Shown here: in pieces, positions 21,954 to 32,339 of the stretch | How the letters are laid out: each line of letters begins with the position of its first letter | How positions within the stretch are numbered: position 1 is the first letter of the stretch | Source of the DNA: an uncultured Chloroflexia bacterium | GTDB lineage: Bacteria > Chloroflexota > Anaerolineae > Anaerolineales > Villigracilaceae | Direction: 5' to 3' | NCBI GenBank assembly: GCA_963791785.1 | Contig: CAWBTW010000010.1 | Location: forward strand, 69,828 to 133,827 | Length of the DNA: 64,000 nucleotides | Position numbers and translations under genes: made by a program | Notes under the pieces: generated by a model | Seen by the model: the letters and a program-made list of their open reading frames with translations, nothing else | Told to the model about the DNA's origin: nothing | Databases searched by the model: none

Positions 21954-24900
21954 TTATATCTTGCCCTGCTCTACTAAATCCAGAAAAACAGAAACACATT
22001 CCGGATCAAAATATTTCCCTGATTCTTCCTTTAGATATTGGATAGCTTTTTCCCTTGGCCAGGCTTTGCTATAAGGCCGGTCTGAGCAGATGGCATCCCA
22101 CACATCTACCACCGAGAAAATACGGGCAGCAACCGGAATCTCTTCCCCTTTCAAGCCGCGCGGATAACCGCTCCCATCCCAGTGCTCATGATGGCAATAA
22201 GGGACATCCAGAGCTTTTTCAAGAAATGGAATGCTAGAGAGCAGCTCATAGCTGTAGACCGGGTGTTGTTCAATAACTTTTCTTTCGCTGATCGTGAGTT
22301 TGCCGCGTTTGCGCAGGATTTCATCGGGGATTCCCATTTTTCCAATATCATGCAGGATGGCGCCCCGACGGATGTGATGCAATTCCTCTTCCTCGATGCC
22401 CATTGCCTTGGCTAATGTAATCGTGAGTTCAACCACCCTGCGGCTATGATCTTCGGTCTCTTTATCACGTAATTCCAGTGCTTTGGCCCAGCCTTCGAGT
22501 GTTGTATCATACGCCTTTAGTAAGTTCTCTTCCGCGCGTGTGCGCTCTAACAGATTGGCTATGGAATCTCCTACCATTGTCAGGCGTTCAACATCGTTGT
22601 CAGACCAATTTATCTGTTTAGCATGGGAATTGACGGTGATATTGCCATTGATCAATTCCTGCGGGGCCAACAATTGGAATACATCAAGAATTGATAAAGC
22701 TCCCTCTGCTTCTCGAAATTTTCGGTTCGTTGATGCTTCAGGTGGATAGTCGTCTAGTGTATTTATTTTTATTATCTTACCGGTCTGCTATCTCATTTTC
22801 GGTCCATGAAAATGTCCCAAAAGCGGATTGTTGGTAAAAATGTTTTATGGATTTGACATGGGGAGCATGCCACTCGTGAAGAATGCTCCAAGAATTTGCG
22901 TTTTCTTGGCAACATAAGAAACAGTAGCGTGATCACCGTCGATGAACTCAGTTATCTTTTGCAAGCCTAATTGAATAGCAATGTCAACTTCATTACCTGT
23001 GCAAATGGCAAAGCGAGTTAACAAATCGGTCATTAGTTTATTGAAGGCCAGCTGATTGAGAATGGCTTCTTCGGACCAGTCATTTGAAGGATGTTCTCGC
23101 TGATGAAAATGAATGTGTATCCATGTGCTTCGTGCCTGATGATATATGGCACAGCCCCCGCCGCGTTTATGGCTCTTTGATATAAGTTTTCTGTTCTCTG
23201 CAATGCTGCGCTTGCGTTCGGTAATATCGCGTGTAAGTCCCTCTACTGCAACCAGTTGTTTCGATTTGTCATAAACAGTTACAAGGCGGCTCTCCATCCA
23301 ACGAATAACCTTGTCTTTCCCGATCCAGCGCATAATAATCGGTTTGTTCAATGGGCCAAGAGATTGCATAAGTTCTGACATTAGATGCGCATCTTCTGGA
23401 TGAGCCATGTTCAGCATGATTAGTGGGTCAGCGTAGCAATTCTTTAGGAGTGTAACCTGTGATTCTTTCGACAGCGGGGTTGATGTAATCAAGTTTGGGT
23501 GATTGGACTGAGTGTGTATCGAAAGATAATATCTGGGGCATTTTCAGCCAGCCGCCGGTAGCGGTCCTCGCTAATGCGAAGTTCTTCTTCTGCTCGTTTT
23601 CGTTCGGTAATATCTCGCCCTACGGATTGAATTTCAATTACTTTCCCGGTTTCATCACGGATTGACCTGATCGTTCCATTCTTGCCATCCGATACTGCCA
23701 TCTGGATTGATAACCCGATGAATATCTGTTTCTGAGTCGATATTCCCGACTTCAAGCGGGCGGTACTTTTCAAGTAATTGATGCTCTATCACTTTCTTCG
23801 ACAAGATTGAAAAAGTTGGTTCCAAGTGCTTTCGTGAAAATCGATTCCAAAATGCCGGCAATATGCTTCATTGACAAATGTTCTCGTTCCATCCAAATTA
23901 CAGCGTACGATAAATTCTTTTTGGTTTTCAACAACTGCGCGATAACGCTCCGCGCTTTTACGCAATTCTTCTGTGCGTTTTGCAACGCGTTTTTCCAACT
24001 CTTCATTTATTTTTTGCAGGCTGTATTGCAGTTTGATGCGTTCGGTGACATCACGCGCTACAAAAACGCGTCCCAGATATTGTTGACGTTTATCTTCCAA
24101 AACGGTTGATTTGACTTCATAGAGAAATGTACTTCCAAATGCCTCTACAGAAATTTCTGTGGAAATATTTTCGATTTCGTTAAATCGTTCGATTAAATTC
24201 GGGCCACTCCTTAAATATATTTGCGGATTGCCCAATAACTTGTCCTGGTTTGCGGTTGAGTGCAAAAAGTGTAGCCGGATTGGCGTCGATGATGCGATTT
24301 TGTGTGTCCAGAACGATCACCAGATCATCCATGTTTTCCATTACAATGTCGCGTGCAATTGGAACGATATTGAAAAGTTTGTAGCGGAACAATCCCCAAG
24401 CGACGATCAGATTTCCAATCGCAAAAGTGAAAGGACTTACATCTCGAAATGGCTTGAAATCTACACCCACGATTGTCAACATCGTAAAAACGATGGGGAT
24501 GAAAAAACCAATAGCGACTGTCAGTATCTGATGTTTATAAAGTTATGTGGTCGAAGTAACCGCCTTATCAGGATGCCTAAGCCAGTTAAGGTAATAGATA
24601 ACTATAAATTGCGTACGCATAGATGACCCAGGTGAAATCATATTTCAAGATCAGAAAAGATAGCTGAATTATCTAGATATGGATTAGGGTAAAGGAGATG
24701 ATGTTGGTTATCCGTTAGCAGCCAATTCCAAAAACATAATAGCGGCACAAAAAGAGATTACCGAAAAGCAAGCGAGGATGACGAACCTTTGTCTCCGTAT
24801 ATTGAATGACAAAGACTGGAAACGTAATCTGTAATGAAAAACCCAGCAACCCATTGGAGCTTGATCCCAGAAGATTTTTCCTTCAAGGCTTGGACTAGAT

Positions 24901-25065
24901 CAATTCAAAGATATAACCCGAAAATCCACAAACTTTGTCCGGCAACATACCAGGCATAAGTGCAATGGCTCCACGCACATGGCGATGCCGCCAGGAGTAA
25001 ACGAGAACTCCCAACGAAATCGCCAGCGAAAGAAAGTAGGGCAAGAGAAAGAGGGTTTTTCCCAA
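21954..25065 (-). pseudogene. 7TM - PAS x3 - GAF - HD-GYP sensor phosphodiesterase, with at least 10 frame disruptions
   Basis: The HD-GYP module is intact in ORF 21954-22673 (HDIGKMGIP, HHEHWDGSGYPRGL). PAS and GAF fragments lie in ORFs 22845-23492, 23489-23773, 23655-23861, 23770-24006 and 23789-24265. HisKA_7TM-like helices lie at 24180-25065 (..LPYFLSLAISLGVLVYSWRHRHVRGA..). The region is AT-rich. Confidence 0.7.
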
Positions 25066-25068
25066 TGC

Positions 25069-27566
25069 TTATCCTGATTTTTGCTTTAGCGCTATCCAGA
25101 CTTTTTCCGGTGTGATCGGATTATCGTCAATATCCACACCAACCGCATCGCGGACGGCATTCCCGATTGCGGGCGCAACGCCGTCCATCGGGATTTCTGC
25201 CACGGCCTTGACGCCGAATGGATGGCTGGGTTCAAACGTTTCCACGAAGATCGTGGTCAGTTCTGGCATTTCATCCGCGCGGAAGATGATGGTAGCGGTC
25301 GAAGTCGCGTTCGAGGGCGACCCCTTTCTCATCGTAGCGCATCTCTTCGCAGACGGCATAGCCGAGCGCCTGGGTCATGCCGCCTTCGATCTGCCCGCCG
25401 GCCGTGAGCGGATTGATGATGACGCCCGAATCGACCGCCATAACCAGCCTGTCCACCGTTACCTGGCCGGTTTCCGTATCCACGGTCACTTCCGCAAACT
25501 GCGCCCCAAACGGTGGCGGCGACGATGGCGAGACATACGAGCCGATGCCCATGATCTGTTCCTGCTCGTTGCGGTGCAGCGTATCGAGGGCAATTTCGGT
25601 CAGCGGGATAGATTTTCCGTCCGGCGCGAAAGCCTGTTTGTCGGCCAGTTTGATGCTGGTGTGGTCACCTCAACCTTCCAAACATCTTCGCCGCGCGGAT
25701 TTTGATCCGCTCTGCGGCCTGCTCCGCTGCTATGACCACTGCCGCGCCCGAAATATAGGTTGTTGAAGACGCATATGCGCCCTTGTCAAAGGGCGTGAAA
25801 TCGGTGTCGGATGAATAAACCAGAATATCTTCCACAGATACGCCCAGCACTTCGGCGGCCATCTGCGCCAGCACGGTGTCTGAGCCGGTGCCCAGGTCGG
25901 TTGCGCCGATCAGCAGGTTGAAGGAGGCGTCATCGTTCATCTTGATGGATGCGCCGCCCATGTCCAGGTAGGGGATGGCCGTGCCCTGCATGACAGTTGC
26001 GATACCAATGCCCTTGCGTTTGGTGGGGCAGGTTGCCAACCCGCTTCCACTCCTCGTTGTTGAACTTCTGATCCCAGCCGATGGCGGCCTTGCCTTGCTG
26101 CACGCACTGTTCCAGCCCCACAGTATGGACGATCTCCGGTCGTGGTTCGCGGCCTTCGTTCCAGGCGGTGCTGAAGGGATGATACTCGCCCGGGCGGATG
26201 GCGTTTTTCAGGCGGAACTCAATCGGGTCGAAGCCCATCGCTCGCGCAATCTTCTCGATGTGACGGTCGAGCGGCCAGTAGCCCTGCGGCACACCATAGC
26301 CGCGATATGCGCCAGATGGCGGCGTGTTGGTGTACACGATGTCCGCGTAGAAGCGGATGTTCGGTGACTTGCGATACTCGCCATCGCCCACATACAGCGC
26401 CATGGACTTGTGCCCGGTGTTGCCGGTCACGGTCAGGGCGTGCGCGCCGTTTGCGCCGGTGTCCGAGAGCGCGTACATCTCGTTGGCTGTGATGGTGCCG
26501 TCTTTCTTCACGCCGGTCTTCATGCGGATTTTCATCGGATGGCGCGAGCGTGACGCGATGAATTCTTCCTCGCGCGTGTATTCGTAGATCACCGGTCGCC
26601 CGGTAGCGATGGTCAGGTGGGCGGCCACGTCTTCCATCAGCACTTCCTGCTTGCCGCCAAATCCGCCGCCGATGCGCGGTTTGATGACGCGGATGCGCTT
26701 GATGGGCAAGTCCAGCACGGGAGCCAGCATGCGGCGCACGTGGAAGGGAACCTGCGTTGAAGTGCGGATAACCAGCCTGTCATCTTCATCCCAGTAGGTC
26801 ACGCAGACATGCGGCTCGATGTGCGCCTGCTGCACCTTCGGCACCACGTACTCGGCCTCGAAAATTTTGTCGGCCTCGGCGAAGCCCTTCTCGACGTCGC
26901 CGATATCTATCCGGATTTCGGCGGCCAGGTTTCGGGTCGGGTCTGAATCGGCGAAGTTGACATATTCAGGCTCGTCGTGGATCTGGATCGCGCCCGGTTT
27001 CATCGAATCTTCCAAGTCCAGGATCGCATCCAACACTTCATACTCGACCTCGATGCTTGCTGAGCGCTTATTCGGCGATTTCCGCCGTTTCGGCTGCCAC
27101 GAAGGCCACGCGGTCGCCCACAAAGCGGACCTTGTTGTCGAGCGAGAAGGTGTCCAGCGGCCCGGGGATGGGGTCGGACTGCCCGGCGGTGGAGTAGACC
27201 ACGCGCGGGATGTCTTGCCAGGTGAGCACGGCAGCCACGCCGGGGATGGCCCTGGCTTTGTCTGGCGTCGATGTTTTTGATGCGCGCATGCGCATGCGGA
27301 CTGTGCAGCACCTTGGCAACCAACATGCCGCGCTTCTCGATATCTGCGGCAAAGGCGGGTTTGCCCTGCGCCAGCTTGACGGCGTCTACTTTGATTTCAG
27401 GTTTGCCGACGATTTGCCACGGGGAAGACTTTTGGGTCAAAACGATTTTGGGACGCACGTCGGTTAGCGTGTGACGGGGAATCGGGAGTTGGTGCATCGG
27501 GAATTGGTTCTGTCCCCAAATCACGAATCTCGAATAACAAATCACGATTTCCTTCGATGGGATCAA
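25069..27566 (-). pseudogene. xanthine dehydrogenase / aldehyde oxidase family molybdopterin-binding subunit, with at least 5 frame disruptions
   Basis: Fragments 27000-27566, 27068-27352, 25930-27123, 25665-26039, 25271-25552 and 25069-25359 read consecutively (..VGKPEIKVDAVKLAQGKPAFAADI.., ..IGGGFGGKQEV.., ..GAYRGYGVPQG..). Every phase step equals +1 nt. Confidence 0.8.
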
Positions 27567-28056
27567 CTACCTCACCGCGCATCACGGCCGCTGCGCGCAG
27601 TACTGCCTGGACAGGCTTGACATAGCCCGTACAACGACACAGCACGCCCGCAATCGCCTCGCGGACTTCCGCTTCGCTGGGATTGGGATTCTCTTCCAGC
27701 AGTGACTTTGCAGCCAGAATTTGGCCGGGCGTGCAGTATCCGCATTGGATCGCGCCGGTCTCGATGAAGGCCTGCTGCAGCGGATGCAGCCCGCCGGTTT
27801 TCTTCCAGCCCTGCTCGGGGTGTTCGCCCAGCCCTTCGATGGTGACAACTTTGTGGCCTTCGGCCTGTGCCGTCAGCATCGAACCCGCATTGACGGGTTT
27901 GCCGTCCAGCAGGACGGTGTCTGAACCGGAAAGGCCTTGCTCATCGCCGAATTTCACGCCGTGGAAGCCCAGTCCGCGCAGGGTGGTGAGTAGGGTTTCG
28001 TTAGGGGATACGGTTGTTTCGTGGGTGGTGCCATTGATGGTTAAGGTGATGTTCAT
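27397..28056 (-). CDS. [2Fe-2S]-binding subunit of the XDH-family enzyme (possibly fused to the Moco subunit)
   Basis: MNITLTINGT..; motifs ..QCGYCTPGQI.. and ..LCRCTGY... The frame has no stop until 27397. A +1 step near 27480 would join it to the Moco reading frame. Confidence 0.8.
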   Translation of the reverse strand: MNITLTINGTTHETTVSPNETLLTTLRGLGFHGVKFGDEQGLSGSDTVLLDGKPVNAGSMLTAQAEGHKVVTIEGLGEHPEQGWKKTGGLHPLQQAFIETGAIQCGYCTPGQILAAKSLLEENPNPSEAEVREAIAGVLCRCTGYVKPVQAVLRAAAVMRGEVVDPIEGNRDLLFEIRDLGTEPIPDAPTPDSPSHANRRASQNRFDPKVFPVANRRQT

Positions 28057-28074
28057 TTACAACTCCGTTGTAAG

Positions 28075-28722
28075 CTATTCGATCTTGTCTCTTTTTTCTA
28101 AGTTGTGTCGAGCACACATTAGCTGAATATTCTCAGCAACTAAAGATGAGCCTCCCTTTGAAAAGGGGATAATATGGTCAAAATGCAAGTTGTTAATTGC
28201 CCCACACACAACGCATTTTCCTTTATCCCGCTTCCATACTTCTGCTTTCACAGAGCTTGGAATCATGCGAGTATGTTCTAGCTCTAAATTTTTGTCTTTC
28301 TCTATTTCTTGACTGGAAGCTAATTCAAGGCGAAATTTGAAAACCTTTCTTCCTTTGCTTTGCTCAACCCAAAAATCAATCAAATGGAAGATGCCGTTGA
28401 ACGCCCAAATGCCGTTACGAATTTTTTCATAAACCTTTACTCTTTCGGGTAAGTTTTCTTTGTTTTGGAATCCTTTTGCTGCGGCATGGAATAATCCATT
28501 TTGGGTTAGTTTACCGCTAGCAGTTGCCATTGGTTGATCGAGTTCTTTGGGGTCTGAAATCCCCTTTGTTTTAGGTATATCATGGCCTTCATAGATTAGA
28601 GTTTGTCCATCGTCAAGTACTTGGTCTGAATAAGGTGCTCCTGGACGAACGCTCATCAAAATGACAGAGTAATCTGGCTTTAAGCGGTAATTCATACCTC
28701 GTTGAAGATTTAACATTTTCAA
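28075..28722 (-). CDS. SRA/PUA-like domain fused to an HNH endonuclease (candidate modification-dependent nuclease)
   Basis: Intact 215-aa ORF. The C-terminus has CVVCG..HFDHIIPFSKGG..N..CARHN (HNH with CxxC..CxxH). The N-terminus resembles SRA blocks: SVILMS..PYSD..DGQTLIYEGHD, DQP..., VKVYEKIRNGIWAFNGIFHLIDFW..VFKFRL. A sampled line is about 35% GC against about 65% in the flanking xdh genes. Confidence 0.7.
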   Translation of the reverse strand: MKMLNLQRGMNYRLKPDYSVILMSVRPGAPYSDQVLDDGQTLIYEGHDIPKTKGISDPKELDQPMATASGKLTQNGLFHAAAKGFQNKENLPERVKVYEKIRNGIWAFNGIFHLIDFWVEQSKGRKVFKFRLELASSQEIEKDKNLELEHTRMIPSSVKAEVWKRDKGKCVVCGAINNLHFDHIIPFSKGGSSLVAENIQLMCARHNLEKRDKIE

Positions 28723-28775
28723 TTTGGCACATTTCGAGATAAGTAAGAATGTCGCCCGGTTTCGCTCGCATGATT

Positions 28776-29539
28776 TTAGATAAGCTTATCTAAGCATCGC
28801 TTTGCCAACGTTGCAGCCACATCCATGCGATATTCTGCGCTGGCCCATTCGTCTGTTGCTTCGTGGAAGGCGTTGCGGGCGGCGGTTTCGAGGCCTTCGG
28901 ATTCGGTGCCATCCATGGCGAGTAGGGGAGCTTGCCCTATATCCGCCCAGGGCGAGACGCGTCCGCCCGGAAGGCCAACTCGCCAGCGCCGCACAGACGA
29001 TGGGTTTATCGGCAGGGGTGCGGGCAACGGATTCAAATGTCAGCTTGGCGTTGAGGGGGATGGTGATGGCGGTGATCAGTTTGCCGCGTAAGTTCTCAGC
29101 CGCGTAATGGCAGAAAGTTCCCAATTTCGATGGTTTCGATCATCTGGTTGCACGGTCAATCTGGCGTCTAATGCCAGCATGGACGGTATGCAAAGGTGGA
29201 GCGTCCATCTGCGGCGACCAGCGTCCCGGCAACGGTGGCCGCATTGCGGATGTTGAGCGGAGCTTCCAGCTTGAGGGCGGTTTTCAGCGCTTCGGGCGTG
29301 TATTCACTTTCGAGCAATTGCTGCAGGGTAACCGTCGCACCGATCTCCAGATTGTTGCCTTTCTTTTCAAGGGTGTTCAGGCCCAGGGCTTGCAGGTCAA
29401 CTACTTTGACGGAAGCAGATTTGAGTGTGGAAAGAAGCGTCCCGCCGCCGAGGGGCAGGGTGTCTGGCTGCTTGAGCAATTCCAGCGCTTCGGGGAGGGT
29501 TTCAGGTCGATAATAATCAGTGATCATAGTGAACTCCAT
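28776..29539 (-). pseudogene. FAD-binding (CoxM/XdhB-like) subunit of the XDH-family enzyme, with two frame disruptions
   Basis: Fragments 29168-29539 (..LPLGGGTLL..), 28786-29124 and 28776-29036 read consecutively. Both phase steps equal +1 nt. Confidence 0.7.
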
Positions 29540-29594
29540 ATGGTTGGATACATTAAGTATACAGGGAAATCCCAGGTTAGTAATGTCCTATTTG

Positions 29595-29688
29595 TGTGAC
29601 ATATAAGTTATATTTGTCACAATGTTTTGTAACAACCGTAATATGACCTAATTAGTCTTGTTACATTTGTCAGAATTCGATTGTGACA
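29595..29688. promoter_or_regulatory. cluster of TGTGACA/TGTCACA inverted repeats in the AT-rich xdh/arsR divergent intergenic region
   Basis: TGTGACA-N13-TGTCACA (29595-29621), TTGTAACAA (29627-29635), TTGTTACA (29658-29665) and TGTCA-N11-TGACA (29668-29688). Confidence 0.4.
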
Positions 29689-29772
29689 GTATGCACTATA
29701 AAATCTGGCGTGCTATTTGTTATTATTTTCACGACAATATATGGATATATGTATATATGAAAAGGAAGTCTT

Positions 29773-30105
29773 ATGAATACAGCACTGGAAACTGAAGTCC
29801 TGCAATTACATGCAGAAATTTGCGCCGGGTTGGCAGACCCGAGTCGTATCATGATTTTGTATGCGCTATCTGATGGCCCGCACAATGTGACCGAAATTTG
29901 CAACGCACTGGAGATGCCTCAGCCTTCCGTTTCGCGCCACCTGAAAATATTGCGCGAGCGACGGATGGTGACAACTGTACGAAAGGGCACGATTGTTCAA
30001 TATAGTTTGGCTGACAAGCGCTTAATAGAAGCATTGGATTTGTTGCGATCTGTATTGCGTGATGGACTTGCAAAACGGGCTGAGTTGGTTGATGCAATTT
30101 CGTAA
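29773..30105 (+). CDS. ArsR/SmtB family transcriptional regulator
   Basis: Intact 110-aa ORF with a winged HTH (..VTEICNALEMPQPSVSRHLKILRE..). It has two cysteines, C17 and C43. Confidence 0.85.
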   Translation: MNTALETEVLQLHAEICAGLADPSRIMILYALSDGPHNVTEICNALEMPQPSVSRHLKILRERRMVTTVRKGTIVQYSLADKRLIEALDLLRSVLRDGLAKRAELVDAIS

Positions 30106-30132
30106 GAATAAAAAATCAAATCAGGAGAATAT

Positions 30133-31368
30133 TTGATGAAAACATTTCTTATTCTAGGCGCAGGAACCGGCGGAACCATGATGGCAAACAAAATGGCCGA
30201 GTCTTTGGATCCGCAGGAATGGCGAATCGTCATTGTTGACAAAGATGAGAATCACTATTATCAGCCGGGTTTTCTGTTCATCCCTTTTGGGATTTACTCC
30301 CCGGCTGATGTGGTCAAGCCCAAGCGCAATTTTCTGCCGCCTTCTGTAGAAGTTATTTTCGGTGAAATCGAATTGATCGAGCCGGATAAGAACCGTGTCA
30401 AAGTAAGCGGCAAGAAGGCGATCAACTACGATTATCTGGTGATTTCCACCGGTAGTTACATTCGCCCGGACCAAACTGATGGAATGCTGGACGGCGGCGG
30501 CTGGCGCGAGAACATCTTTGATTTCTATACCCCTGAAGGCGCTGCTGCGCTGGCGCGATTCTTGAAATTCTGGAAGGGTGGGCGGGTGGTGCTCAACGTG
30601 GCCGAGATGCCCATCAAGTGCCCGGTTGCGCCGTTGGAATTCCTGTTCCTGGCAGATTGGTTCTTCCACGAGCGCGGCATTCGCGACAAAGTGGACATCA
30701 CCTTTGCCACGCCGCTGCCCGGCGCGTTCACCAAGCCGCGCGCATCCTCCATTTTGGGTGGCATGCTGGAAGAGAAGAACATCAATCTGGAACCCGAGTT
30801 CATGATCATGGAAGTGGATAATGACAAGCAGGTCATCCGCTCCTATGAAGAAGAAGAAATCCCTTATGACTTGCTGGTTACTATCCCAACCAACATGGGC
30901 GCAGAAGTGATCGGCGCTTCCGGGATGGGTGATGAGTTGAACTTTGTCCCGGTGGATAAAAACACCATGCAAAGCGACAAATGGGAAAATGTCTGGTTGA
31001 TCGGTGATGGCAGCAACGTGCCCGCTTCTAAGGCTGGTTCGGTGGCCCACTTCATGCTGGATGTGGTCGTTGAGAATATCCTGCGCCACATGGAAGGTTT
31101 GGAGCCGCTGCCCAAGTTCGATGGCCATGCCAACTGCTTCATCGAATCGGGTTTTGAAAAAGGCGTGCTGATCGACTTCAACTATGATGTGGAACCGCTG
31201 CCCGGCAAATATCCGTTGCCCGGATTTGGCCCCTTCTCGCTCTTGAAAGAATCGGCTGCCAACCACTGGGGCAAGATGATGTTCAAGTGGACCTACTGGA
31301 ACGTGCTGCTCAAAGGTGGCGAACTGCCCTTTGAATCGCAGATGTCCATGGCCGGTAAGTGGCAATAG
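30133..31368 (+). CDS. sqr: sulfide:quinone oxidoreductase-type FAD-dependent pyridine nucleotide-disulfide oxidoreductase
   Basis: Intact 411-aa ORF with N-terminal ILGAGTGG and candidate redox cysteines in PIKCPVAPLEF and GHANCFIESG. Confidence 0.7.
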   Translation: MMKTFLILGAGTGGTMMANKMAESLDPQEWRIVIVDKDENHYYQPGFLFIPFGIYSPADVVKPKRNFLPPSVEVIFGEIELIEPDKNRVKVSGKKAINYDYLVISTGSYIRPDQTDGMLDGGGWRENIFDFYTPEGAAALARFLKFWKGGRVVLNVAEMPIKCPVAPLEFLFLADWFFHERGIRDKVDITFATPLPGAFTKPRASSILGGMLEEKNINLEPEFMIMEVDNDKQVIRSYEEEEIPYDLLVTIPTNMGAEVIGASGMGDELNFVPVDKNTMQSDKWENVWLIGDGSNVPASKAGSVAHFMLDVVVENILRHMEGLEPLPKFDGHANCFIESGFEKGVLIDFNYDVEPLPGKYPLPGFGPFSLLKESAANHWGKMMFKWTYWNVLLKGGELPFESQMSMAGKWQ

Positions 31369-31376
31369 GAGTTGCG

Positions 31377-31946
31377 ATGGATAAAGACCTTGCTCTCTTA
31401 CACCAAAAACTGGATTATCTGACCGAGCAGCTTGAATCGCAAAATAAGCAGAAGGAAGGCATGAATGAATTGATGCAAGATGCCATCCCGGTTGTCAATC
31501 ACATGATCAAGCTCTCGATTGACGAATTGGCCGAGATCGGCTCGGACTTCCAACTCGAAGACCTGCTCTTCCTGCTCAAACGCATCCTGCGCGATACGCA
31601 TATGCTGGTTGGCTTGCTCGATCAGGTGGAAGCAGTGGCAGACCTGGCTGAAGAAGGCCAGGTGATGGGCAAACGCATCTTCCACCAGATCACGATGGAG
31701 TTGGATCGCCTGGAGCGTGAAGGCTATTTCGGGTTTGCCCGGGCAGGCTGGAGCGTGGCGGAACGAGCCGTGAAAGAGTTTGATGCGGATGATGTCGAAG
31801 CCATGGGCAATCGTATGGTGGATGCCCTTCAGGAAGATGTCCCCGAAAAAATTTCGTTATTTGCGCTGTTGCGCGCCATGGGCGATCAGAAAGTCCGCCG
31901 TGGACTGTATCGCTCCATGAATTTACTCAAGGTTATCGGTGACTAA
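31377..31946 (+). CDS. DUF1641 domain protein
   Basis: The start MDKDLALL follows GGAG, 8 nt after the sqr stop. The C-terminus ..SLFALLRAMGDQKVRRGLYRSMNLLKVIG matches the DUF1641 pattern. Confidence 0.65.
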   Translation: MDKDLALLHQKLDYLTEQLESQNKQKEGMNELMQDAIPVVNHMIKLSIDELAEIGSDFQLEDLLFLLKRILRDTHMLVGLLDQVEAVADLAEEGQVMGKRIFHQITMELDRLEREGYFGFARAGWSVAERAVKEFDADDVEAMGNRMVDALQEDVPEKISLFALLRAMGDQKVRRGLYRSMNLLKVIGD

Positions 31947-31982
31947 CAAGTCACAAAAATAAGAAATATAAGGAGATAAAAA

Positions 31983-32291
31983 ATGACCGCTGTATTAGAA
32001 AATATTACTGTCAACGATGAAGGTTTCATGACCGATCCGAACGAATGGACCAAGGAGATCGCCGAAGCGATCGCCAAGCAGGAAGGCATTGAAACCCTGA
32101 CTGAAGATCACTGGAAGATCATCGACTTCTGCCGTCAGGCTGGTGAGGAATCTGGAAGCGCTCCCACGCTGCGCCAGATCACAACCGGCACCGGCCTTTC
32201 CACCAAGGAACTGTTCAAGCTGTTCCCCAAAGGACCTGCCAAGAAAGTTGCCAAGGTTTCCGGATTGGGCAAACCCGAAGGCTGCGTCTAA
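31983..32291 (+). CDS. TusE/DsrC-family sulfur relay protein
   Basis: Intact 102-aa ORF ending ..SGLGKPEGCV (penultimate Cys). There is no second Cys about 10 residues upstream. Confidence 0.75.
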   Translation: MTAVLENITVNDEGFMTDPNEWTKEIAEAIAKQEGIETLTEDHWKIIDFCRQAGEESGSAPTLRQITTGTGLSTKELFKLFPKGPAKKVAKVSGLGKPEGCV

Positions 32292-32339
32292 TCGCATCGC
32301 CCCGGACTTCATAACTGCTACCAATAAAGGAGAATTATC

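Noticed and set aside
28075-28722. The HNH gene as a homing endonuclease of a group I/II intron or an intein.
   Set aside because: It is free-standing in an intergenic gap with its own start and stop, not embedded in a host ORF. No intron-like structure or splice-junction residues are visible. The N-terminal domain looks like a base-flipping reader rather than a LAGLIDADG or GIY-type partner.
30154-31365. A 403-aa ORF antisense to the whole sqr gene. Similar long antisense ORFs occur at 18010-18915, 16450-17121, 13603-14172 and 39330-39854.
   Set aside because: Its codons are the exact reverse complements of the sense codons (31363 is the first base of a sense codon). Stops can therefore arise only from sense TTA, CTA or TCA codons, which this genome's codon usage avoids. 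The translations are low-complexity, His/Arg/Gly-rich and have no recognisable motifs. This is a codon-bias artefact, not an overlapping gene.
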